From Nitrosopumilus sp. (lineage in GTDB: Archaea > Thermoproteota > Nitrososphaeria > Nitrososphaerales > Nitrosopumilaceae), in contig OZ252243.1 of the NCBI GenBank assembly GCA_965249555.1, positions 384,001-448,000 on the forward strand: a DNA stretch of 64,000 bases, read 5' to 3'. A program made the position numbers and the translations under genes. The notes beneath the pieces are model-generated. The model made no database searches. It saw only the letters and a list, made by a program, of their open reading frames with translations, and was not told the origin of the DNA. Positions 45,663 through 53,750 of this stretch are shown piece by piece (position 1 is the first letter of the stretch; each line of letters begins with the position of its first letter).

Positions 45663-48521
45663 TTAATGCTGTAAAGTAATTTTTCTACAATTTCTACACC
45701 ATGATTGCGATCTAGTAATTCCATCCATATTCCTAAATCCAAATTCTTTTTCAATCTCTTGTCTTGATTTTGATTCCTTGCCACATTTGGGACATCGTAC
45801 GTTCTCATTTGCAGAAATCTCACTTTTTGCATGTTTTTGTATTATCCCTCGAACCTCACTTGGATGAAATGCTACATCCCATGTCCATGTTCCATAGCTG
45901 CCATCCTCATTTACTACATCTATCCATTCTTCTAGGTATCTACGCTTTTCCTTGTTTTGATTGTCATCTATTCCCTTTATCTCCAAAACCAAAGTTACAT
46001 TGTTGTCTAGCTTGATCAAAAAGTCAGGCCAGTAATCATGAACTATACCATTGTACAAATATTTGATTCCAAAACCGATATGATCATTTCTTACCCAAGA
46101 AATTACATTCTTGTTTCTTTCTAGTTCCTGGCCGGTTCCCATCTCCCACTTTGAATCATACACTGCCAGATTGATGTGGGATTTTGTCGTGTATTCACAT
46201 GGTTTTTTTGTAGACCATGGACGCATGTCTGATGTGGATTTTATAGGCTTGATTGAATTGAGATGAATACGTCTTTTTTCCACATTGGAATCCGTGATAC
46301 TCTTGCATACATGAGATACGACCTTTTGCATGTTAAATAAAATAGTCATCCTGGTTCGCAAGTCATCATCAGAAACATCTGTGACATTGATTTTATGCAT
46401 GTGAATAAACACTTCTACCAGTCTTATGACTTGAATCAATAAGAATTCTCGATTTCCCTTCCAGCTTGGTGACATGCTGTCATAGACGTCTTTTGATGCA
46501 AGAAAGACTATTCGTTGCAATCTTATCTCTTTGTTTAATTCACGTAGATTGATATCTGACATTTTATCTACATGTGGTTTACCAGCTAGAACTTGTGCCA
46601 TTCCCACAGTTGTGGCAATGCCATCACTTCTTAACTCCAATGGTTCTATTTTACTCCAGTCAACTTTTAGCTTTGGTAGATAATCCACATCAATCCTGTC
46701 TATGTTGGGCCAAGAGATTCTGTGCTGTATCTTGTCTTGATCTGGCTCTATGGTAGTATGTGAAGATGTTGGTGGTGGTGTTCCCTCACCACCTTCATGT
46801 GGAAGAAATGTAAATGGCACACCAAATACATTGACGTATTCTGGTGGAAACAATCCTGTGTCAGGATTAATTTCATAAGATGTCCTTCGCAAACCTCTAC
46901 CTACAACTTGCTCACACAACAACTGACTAGAAAATGCCCTCAATCCCATTATATGAGTGACGTTTCGAGCATCCCATCCTTCTGATAACATTTGCACTGC
47001 AACAATGTTTCTAATTTGCTCACCTGGCTTGTTTGGTTTACCTACAGTGTCGACTTTTTCTCTGAGACTTTCTGCAATGTCAAATTTTGCACCTACAGCA
47101 TCTTGCTCTTCTGCTTTGTTTATTGTGGTCGAATCAATGTGTAATAGATATTCTGGAATGGATAACTGCTCTAAATCAAATCTATTTTTTTCAAATGAAT
47201 ACATGACTCTGGCTGCTGTCTGAGTCTTGTTGCATACAGTTATCATCACAGGAGGAATGTTAGATCCTTGTTTATCCCATAGCTTTTTAGTCTCGATCCA
47301 ATCCTGACCCAAGAGAAAATATGCATTTGATACCAAGTCAGGTAGTTTTTCATGCGGTTTTGCATTTCTATTTAGATCCGGCTTTACCTCGTCATCTTTG
47401 TACAGGTGATAAAATCTGGCACGATAATCTTTTGAGAATTTGTTGGCATCATCTCTGATTGCAATTCTTGGAGTCTTGGTAAGTCCTGACTCAATGGCAT
47501 CATTTAATGAAAAATCCGATACAATCCAGTCAAATAGGGTATCTTCTGTGACGTTTTTTCCAGATGGTATGAATGGTGTGGCAGAAAAATCAAAACAGTT
47601 TACAATATTTCTTGCATCATGTATCTTGTCTAGTCCTTCAATCCATCTCTTGTCTCTCTCAAGTTCTGTCTTTGAAATATTTTTTTCTTGATCATTATTT
47701 GCACGATATGCATGATGTGCTTCATCATTTATTACGATGATATTTTTTAAATCATGACCAAGGATTCTTTTTGCAAAGACGCCATTACTTTCTTTTCCAA
47801 GTTTAACTACGCTTCGTGGCGCATCAGTCTCTGGCATCAATGTGTGCCAGTTGTGAAGTGTGAATTTGCCTTGGAATAGTTTTTGATAAAATGATTCAGG
47901 AATAACGTTGAATAAATCATAGTAATTGTCATTATTAGTTGGAAACAAAACTTCTAATCTTGATTTTACAGTTAATCCGGGAGCCATAATCAAGATATGT
48001 TTTGAAAATCGTGTATCTTTAGGATAGGTAACTTTGTTGATTACCTGCCATGCAATGAGCATTGCCATTACAATTGTCTTGCCAGAACCTGTTGCCATTT
48101 TACAACATAGTCTTTGAAACGCACCACCGTCTGTTGGAATTTTTATTCCCTGTTTTTCTGAATCAACAGCTTCAATTAGCCAAATCAAAGTCTCTATTGC
48201 CTCTATCTGGCAGAAAAAGAATTTATTCTCTCGCTTTTTTGAATCCTTCCAAAATGCAAGGAGTTGCTTTGTAATGCCAGTCACATTTGGATAGTCGTTT
48301 TCTCGCCATGCATCAACCCTGTCACGTATTCTGTTGACTAGTTCTAGTTCTCTGAATTCTCCGGGATCATCAAATTCTTTGCTGTCTTGGGATGCGATCA
48401 GAAATCCTGCAGGTCGTCGTCCTGAAACTAGATCAAATTTTCTTTTTGTACGGTCATACTTCCAGTATTGAGATGGTTTTTTGTAGGGGCCGCAAATTAT
48501 GAGATTTTTAATGCCAGACAT
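45663..48521 (-). CDS. res: Type III restriction subunit Res with extra C-terminal Zn finger
   Basis: FFCQIEAIET, MATGSGKT, DEAHH, FSATP, EGWD, QVVGRGLRR, YWPDF...LEIKG; tail CPKC...WCRNC. Confidence 0.92.
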   Translation of the reverse strand: MSGIKNLIICGPYKKPSQYWKYDRTKRKFDLVSGRRPAGFLIASQDSKEFDDPGEFRELELVNRIRDRVDAWRENDYPNVTGITKQLLAFWKDSKKRENKFFFCQIEAIETLIWLIEAVDSEKQGIKIPTDGGAFQRLCCKMATGSGKTIVMAMLIAWQVINKVTYPKDTRFSKHILIMAPGLTVKSRLEVLFPTNNDNYYDLFNVIPESFYQKLFQGKFTLHNWHTLMPETDAPRSVVKLGKESNGVFAKRILGHDLKNIIVINDEAHHAYRANNDQEKNISKTELERDKRWIEGLDKIHDARNIVNCFDFSATPFIPSGKNVTEDTLFDWIVSDFSLNDAIESGLTKTPRIAIRDDANKFSKDYRARFYHLYKDDEVKPDLNRNAKPHEKLPDLVSNAYFLLGQDWIETKKLWDKQGSNIPPVMITVCNKTQTAARVMYSFEKNRFDLEQLSIPEYLLHIDSTTINKAEEQDAVGAKFDIAESLREKVDTVGKPNKPGEQIRNIVAVQMLSEGWDARNVTHIMGLRAFSSQLLCEQVVGRGLRRTSYEINPDTGLFPPEYVNVFGVPFTFLPHEGGEGTPPPTSSHTTIEPDQDKIQHRISWPNIDRIDVDYLPKLKVDWSKIEPLELRSDGIATTVGMAQVLAGKPHVDKMSDINLRELNKEIRLQRIVFLASKDVYDSMSPSWKGNREFLLIQVIRLVEVFIHMHKINVTDVSDDDLRTRMTILFNMQKVVSHVCKSITDSNVEKRRIHLNSIKPIKSTSDMRPWSTKKPCEYTTKSHINLAVYDSKWEMGTGQELERNKNVISWVRNDHIGFGIKYLYNGIVHDYWPDFLIKLDNNVTLVLEIKGIDDNQNKEKRRYLEEWIDVVNEDGSYGTWTWDVAFHPSEVRGIIQKHAKSEISANENVRCPKCGKESKSRQEIEKEFGFRNMDGITRSQSWCRNCRKITLQH

Positions 48522-50995
48522 TATTCAAGATCTATAATTTTGAGTGATTCAATTCCTCGGTCATCTATGATTTTGACAGCTGCTCTCTTGTTTGGTCCCA
48601 TCTCAAATGGGATTGATTCTGTTCCTTGATATTTTGTGATTAAATCTTCATCTATTTGTGCCTGAAGTGTTTTTGCAAGTTTATGCCATCCACCTGTACT
48701 TTCTTTCATTGGAAAGAATACTTGTTGTGGATATACACTTCTACCATCATAATCCTCATCTAGCATCCACATTGCAATCTTGGAACTATTGCCTGATTCT
48801 ACTTCACCTGTTCTTGTGTTATAATAATCAAAACCATTTATGGTAATGATATATTTTTTATCCTTGGTTTTTTGCAGTTCCACATCGGGTTGACCCATTA
48901 GCCAGAATGATTCATTACTTGAGCGTTTCTTTTTTAGATCTTTAGTTAGTAAATCCTTGTTCATCTCTACTTTGAGAATTGTTACATCAGGCCAGTTTAT
49001 TTCATCAATATCCTTTGCAGCTTCAGGATCAAACTGCATTGCAGCAAAGATTATGATCCTTGGTTTTGGGACTAGATTTTGGGCTTCTTCTATTGCTAAT
49101 GCTACTTGACGCTGTTCCAACGGTGCATATTCAGGCCCAAATGACACCATAACTCGTTTTGGTTTGTCTTCTTTAGTTTCTGCATCTGCGTGTAACCATT
49201 TTGTTGCAGGATGAGTTTCTACTCTACTGAATTCAATTTTCTGTCCTGCCTTGCCTTTAATACCTGTCTTTAATAGTTCATCGCGCCATTGTGCTTGATG
49301 AAACATTCTATCTTGTATGTTAATTTTTGATTCTTCGTACAAGTTGTCTAATGATTTGACAGTTGGAGCAGGCACTGCTTCTACGGTAAACGGTCCTGAA
49401 ATTCTAGTTTTATTTTTTTCAATTACTGGTTGATCATAAATTACTTCATTTTTAGGTGGTTCATTATTTGCAATAGAACTCAAAGTTATATGTGGTACTG
49501 TTTTATAATCAATACCAGAAGATATTCCTTCATGAGGATTGTTTAATTGATAATAATCAAACTGTGAAGTCATCAATCTTTGTTTTGTTAGTGCTACTGC
49601 TATTCTTGAAGTATCACATGTAATCCATCGTCTCCCCCATTGTTCTGCCACATACACAGTTGTTCCAGATCCACTAGTAGGATCTAGTATTATATCTCCA
49701 GGATCAGTTGTCATCAACATACATCGTTCTATCGCTTTCGAATTAGTTTGTACGGCATAAATTTTAGTTTGAAAACTAGCTCCTGTATCAGTCCACGTAT
49801 TAGTTAATTGTAAAAAAGGAAAATCATCAAGATAGCGTTTATAAGCTAAGGATTTGCCTTTTTTTATTATTCTTTCTGCTTTTGTAAGATTTTCTAATCC
49901 TTGCTTAGTTGTTTTCCATGGCTGTTCAAATAATTCATCCTTAAATTTGAATTTGAATTTAGGGTTTGATTCAGAGTTTAAGCTTGTATATGCAAATATT
50001 TTATCATTATCAATATTATTTGTTTTTGAATTTCTACAATTAATTATTTTTCCATTTTCTAATTCATGCCATTGATAAATTTCTCCACCAACATTTCCAG
50101 GTTTTTTTCTTAAATACAGATCATGAAATTTTATTGATGATTTGTGATTTGCATACCAAATGATGTAATCGGAATTACTAGTAAGTAATTTACTGCTTAA
50201 CCCAGTTGTTTTAGCAAAAGTAATTATTGAAACAAAATTTTTTGTTCCAAAAATCTCAGCTAGTATATCTTTAACATAATGTAAATTTTCTTGATTTATC
50301 TGTACAAAAATTGAACCTGTCACATGTAATAATTTTTTAGATAGTAATAGCCTATCACGTAGATATGTAAGATAAGAATGAATTCCAAGCTCCCATGTAT
50401 CTCGAAATGCTTTGATAGTTTCAGGCTCTTGTGTTAAATCTTCATCTTTTCTATCTTTTACCAATGTTTTATTTATAAAAGGTTGAAAGTTTGAACCATA
50501 TTTTATTCCATATGGAGGATCCATGTAGATCATCTGAATTTTGCCTGCCATTCCTTCTTTTTCTAATAATGAATTCATGACAAGCAAGGAATCTCCAGCA
50601 ATCAATCGATTTGACCAATTTTGATCATGCTTGTAAAATTCTATTGCATTTCGTAATGGAGGATTGTTCTCTGGTGTATCAAAATAATTAAACAAGGTTT
50701 CCTGAGTTGTTTGTTTTGGCTTCATTGCTTTTTCTAAAATAGTGATTGGGTCAATTCTTTCATGTACGTGCAAAGAAACAGTATCTACATCAAACTCGGA
50801 ATTTTCTTGCTTTCCACTCCATCGTAGTTGCGGATCTAATCTTGGATCAAAAGAATATTTTTTGCTTGGTTTGTCGGGATCAGTTCCTGGTGTAACTAGA
50901 CCTACAGGAGGGTTGTTCTTTCTTTTTTTCTCATCGTGTGTATATTGCTCTACTTTTTGAGATTCTGATTTAGAATATTTTTTGCTTTTTGTCAA
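48521..50995 (-). CDS. mod: Type III R-M DNA methyltransferase Mod
   Basis: NRLIAGDSL, YMDPPYG, LDPTSGSGTT, GRRWITCD; coupled to res. Confidence 0.93.
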   Translation of the reverse strand: MTKSKKYSKSESQKVEQYTHDEKKRKNNPPVGLVTPGTDPDKPSKKYSFDPRLDPQLRWSGKQENSEFDVDTVSLHVHERIDPITILEKAMKPKQTTQETLFNYFDTPENNPPLRNAIEFYKHDQNWSNRLIAGDSLLVMNSLLEKEGMAGKIQMIYMDPPYGIKYGSNFQPFINKTLVKDRKDEDLTQEPETIKAFRDTWELGIHSYLTYLRDRLLLSKKLLHVTGSIFVQINQENLHYVKDILAEIFGTKNFVSIITFAKTTGLSSKLLTSNSDYIIWYANHKSSIKFHDLYLRKKPGNVGGEIYQWHELENGKIINCRNSKTNNIDNDKIFAYTSLNSESNPKFKFKFKDELFEQPWKTTKQGLENLTKAERIIKKGKSLAYKRYLDDFPFLQLTNTWTDTGASFQTKIYAVQTNSKAIERCMLMTTDPGDIILDPTSGSGTTVYVAEQWGRRWITCDTSRIAVALTKQRLMTSQFDYYQLNNPHEGISSGIDYKTVPHITLSSIANNEPPKNEVIYDQPVIEKNKTRISGPFTVEAVPAPTVKSLDNLYEESKINIQDRMFHQAQWRDELLKTGIKGKAGQKIEFSRVETHPATKWLHADAETKEDKPKRVMVSFGPEYAPLEQRQVALAIEEAQNLVPKPRIIIFAAMQFDPEAAKDIDEINWPDVTILKVEMNKDLLTKDLKKKRSSNESFWLMGQPDVELQKTKDKKYIITINGFDYYNTRTGEVESGNSSKIAMWMLDEDYDGRSVYPQQVFFPMKESTGGWHKLAKTLQAQIDEDLITKYQGTESIPFEMGPNKRAAVKIIDDRGIESLKIIDLE

Positions 50996-51019
50996 AAATA
51001 TAACCCATTTTTAGTATTT

Positions 51020-51047
51020 TAACACTACAATTAATAGTGTTACACTA
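51020..51047. promoter_or_regulatory. Palindromic operator-like site between mod and divergent wHTH gene
   Basis: TAACACTA-N7-TAGTGTTA (51020-51042) overlapping TAGTGT-T-ACACTA (51035-51047). Confidence 0.6.
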
Positions 51048-51094
51048 GAATTTGTATGCCTATAACTTTAGAGTAAATAATTTTTTATTTTATT

Positions 51095-51400
51095 ATGTCT
51101 AAAAGAAAATATGAGAATCTAGTTAGCATGTTGAGAATGTTAGCAAACCAAGGCACCTATGAAATTTTGTTGTATGTAAAAGATCATGAAGGATTACATT
51201 ATAATGATATTATGAAATATGCAACAAATAACCACATCGTCGGAAGCCGTTCATCCATTACTGTCATCCTAAATTTTCTTATAGATCATCACTTGCTTGA
51301 TAAATATATTGAGACTAGACCTATTCGAACTTGTTATAGAATAAATGAAAAAGGATGTAAAATGATCAAATATCTAAATGATATTAAAAAAATCATTTAA
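51095..51400 (+). CDS. Winged helix-turn-helix transcriptional regulator (ArsR/HxlR-like)
   Basis: EILLYV...LHYNDI...SRSSITVILNFLIDHHLLDK...YRINEKG. Confidence 0.75.
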   Translation: MSKRKYENLVSMLRMLANQGTYEILLYVKDHEGLHYNDIMKYATNNHIVGSRSSITVILNFLIDHHLLDKYIETRPIRTCYRINEKGCKMIKYLNDIKKII

Positions 51401-51720
51401 TCTGTTTGAATCTTTTTGTAGATAATTTGTCATTACAGAATCTGTAACATATACAAAAAAACATTCGGTTTTATTGTATTTCTCTTTACATTTTACTAAT
51501 CGTACCAAGTCTACAAATAATTTGCCTGCATGTATTGGGCTTGGTTGATTTTTCCCACTGGGAATCTTTCTATTAAATTTGAATTCAAAAAATATTTTTT
51601 CCTTGTCTTTAGATATAATAGTCATGTCAATTTCAGCATTATTAATTGTAGGATATGGTTCTTCTAAAATAATTTCTTCGGGTTCTAGTTTTAATTTTAA
51701 AATTATAATTTTTTTGAAAG
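51374..51720 (-). pseudogene. 5'-truncated PD-(D/E)xK nuclease remnant
   Basis: Frame open upstream of track ORF: EIILEEPYP...EIDMTI...FFEFKFNR...GKLFVDLVRL; no start codon before the rpl31e stop. Confidence 0.5.
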
Positions 51721-51725
51721 GACTA

Positions 51726-52193
51726 TTATTTTGATTTTTTCTTTGGAGCTTCTTTAGCTGGTTTTTCTTTCTTTGGAGCTTCTTTCTTTGGAGCTTCTTT
51801 CTTTGGAGCTTCTTTCTTTGTTTCTGCAGTTGGTTCTTCTACTTTGTCCTCAACTTTCTTAGTTTCTGCAGTTGGTTCTTCCACTTTGTCCTCAACTTTC
51901 TTAGTTTCTTTTTCAGGAGTTACTTTAGATTCTTCTTCAACATATTGAGAAACAAGGATATATCCATCTTCAGTTTTAGTCATTCTAACTCTAACTTTTC
52001 TTGGAGGACTTCGAACACCCCTTGCCCAAATTTGATGAGCCAGTTCTTCTTCAATTTTGATTGTCTCAACTTTCATGTGATGACGAGCAAATTCTCTAAT
52101 CATGTTAATTGCTCTAACAGCTCTATGTTGTGATTGTGAAAGTAAAACTTTACCTAGATTAATTGTATAGACTCTTTCTAATTCTTGAGACAT
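51726..52193 (-). CDS. rpl31e: 50S ribosomal protein L31e with repetitive C-terminal extension
   Basis: ERVYTINL, RAVRAI, IWARG..SPPRKVRV. Confidence 0.95.
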   Translation of the reverse strand: MSQELERVYTINLGKVLLSQSQHRAVRAINMIREFARHHMKVETIKIEEELAHQIWARGVRSPPRKVRVRMTKTEDGYILVSQYVEEESKVTPEKETKKVEDKVEEPTAETKKVEDKVEEPTAETKKEAPKKEAPKKEAPKKEKPAKEAPKKKSK

Positions 52194-52352
52194 CTATCCT
52201 ACCTCCACATCAGTTGATCTCCAAGCTCTACGCTTTGGATTTGTTCTAACAGCTCGCTTTGTTTTGAGAATTATCCAAGCTGGAACTGGCACTGCCTGTC
52301 TTGTCTTTTTTAACAGACGAATTTTTCTTGGAGAGGACTTGCGTGCAGCCAT
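52194..52352 (-). CDS. rpl39e: 50S ribosomal protein L39e
   Basis: Not in track (52 aa): MAARKSSPRKIRLLKKTRQAVPVPAWIILKTKRAVRTNPKRRAWRSTDVEVG. Confidence 0.95.
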   Translation of the reverse strand: MAARKSSPRKIRLLKKTRQAVPVPAWIILKTKRAVRTNPKRRAWRSTDVEVG

Positions 52353-52389
52353 AGAATTTCAGGCACGGAGAGCTCTTTTTAAATGAATC

Positions 52390-52938
52390 TCAGGATTTTA
52401 GAAGATTTCGTATTTGTTTTAGAATTCTTGCTGAAGCACCCCACACTATTTGGTTTTGATACTCAAAAGTATACATTGCTTGGATTAGATTATGAGATGG
52501 ATCTGGATCATTTGCCATTGTTTTTAAAAATGGTTCTAGTGGAATATGAAAAATTTTTTCAACTTCAGAGTTTGCAGCAAGTGTCGGAATTTCATCAATA
52601 ATTGAGATAAAGGGTAAAATCAAAAAACCAGAATTCAAAGTAACCACAGGTTCTAGTTGGCCAATTACTTGGTCCTTAGAAATCACAAGCCCAATCTCTT
52701 CACTAGTTTCACGTAATGCCGTTTGTAAAAGATCTGAATCATCAACATCCAATTTTCCACCAGGAAACGAAATTTCACCTGCATGAAATTTCATATGTTT
52801 AGGTTTTTCAGTCATTACAACAATTGGTTCTTTACCATAAATTACTACAAGTACTGATGCCAATCTGAATTCTCCATCAGTTTTTATCATAGGATTTATG
52901 GGACTTGAAAATATTGATTTTAATTCATCTAAGAACAT
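52390..52938 (-). CDS. Nudix hydrolase (CoA pyrophosphatase type)
   Basis: HAGEISFPGG, ALRETSEEIG, IVWGASA. Confidence 0.9.
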   Translation of the reverse strand: MFLDELKSIFSSPINPMIKTDGEFRLASVLVVIYGKEPIVVMTEKPKHMKFHAGEISFPGGKLDVDDSDLLQTALRETSEEIGLVISKDQVIGQLEPVVTLNSGFLILPFISIIDEIPTLAANSEVEKIFHIPLEPFLKTMANDPDPSHNLIQAMYTFEYQNQIVWGASARILKQIRNLLKS

Positions 52939-53012
52939 CTTGTTTTTTTCCTACTATTACACATGGGTTTTGGTATTCAAAGGTTTTAACCAAGGATAGA
53001 AAAAATGACAAT

Positions 53013-53750
53013 ATGACAATCAGATATGAAGCTAATCCGCCAAAGGTTTTGCCTAATGTAGATACAAATGAATCAATTCTAAAATTTATTAAAAAAATAA
53101 AAAATATTTCAAAAAAATGTGACGCAATACATCTTACTGAAAATGTTTTAGGATATCAAAGAGTATCACCTATAGAAGTTGGAAGAATTATTAAAAAAGA
53201 AATTCCACAGATACCAATTACAGTTAGTCTAAGAGTTAGAGACAAGAGTGAGAAAGAGATTTCTGAGTTTGTAGAGAATTGTATCACCATAGGCTTTTCA
53301 GGAATTTTGGTACTCATGGGTGATCCATCACAGACTGGAAAACCAGATTCGGGTCAGATTCCAAGTGCAACTGTAAAGAGACTAAAAGAGCAAGGTATGG
53401 ATTCAAAAATTGATTTGTATCTCTCAATTTCAAATGAACCTAATTTTTCTAAAATTACAAAAAAATTAGAAGCAAATCCCAAAGGATTCATGACACAAGT
53501 AGTTCAAAATATACAACAAGTTCAAAATCTCTTTGACAATCTAAAAGGATTTTCAGTAATTCCAATTATATTATTCCCTTCTGAAAAAAATGAAAAATCT
53601 GCCAAATTTTTAAATTTAGACTTGGCATCATACAGTCAAGTATTTGAAGAATTTGTAAAAAATGCACATAAAATTACAGGTGATGTGTTGATTACATCAC
53701 CCAGTGATTTTAATGGCTTGAATGAATTTTTAGAAAAATCATTTAGTTAA
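53013..53750 (+). CDS. Methylenetetrahydrofolate reductase-like protein
   Basis: YEANPPK, LRVRD, LMGDP, FMTQV; adjacent to methionine synthase; start at ATG 53013. Confidence 0.8.
   Translation: MTIRYEANPPKVLPNVDTNESILKFIKKIKNISKKCDAIHLTENVLGYQRVSPIEVGRIIKKEIPQIPITVSLRVRDKSEKEISEFVENCITIGFSGILVLMGDPSQTGKPDSGQIPSATVKRLKEQGMDSKIDLYLSISNEPNFSKITKKLEANPKGFMTQVVQNIQQVQNLFDNLKGFSVIPIILFPSEKNEKSAKFLNLDLASYSQVFEEFVKNAHKITGDVLITSPSDFNGLNEFLEKSFS

Noticed and set aside
48521-50995. Phase-variable mod (phasevarion)
   Set aside because: No simple-sequence repeat tract seen in the gene.
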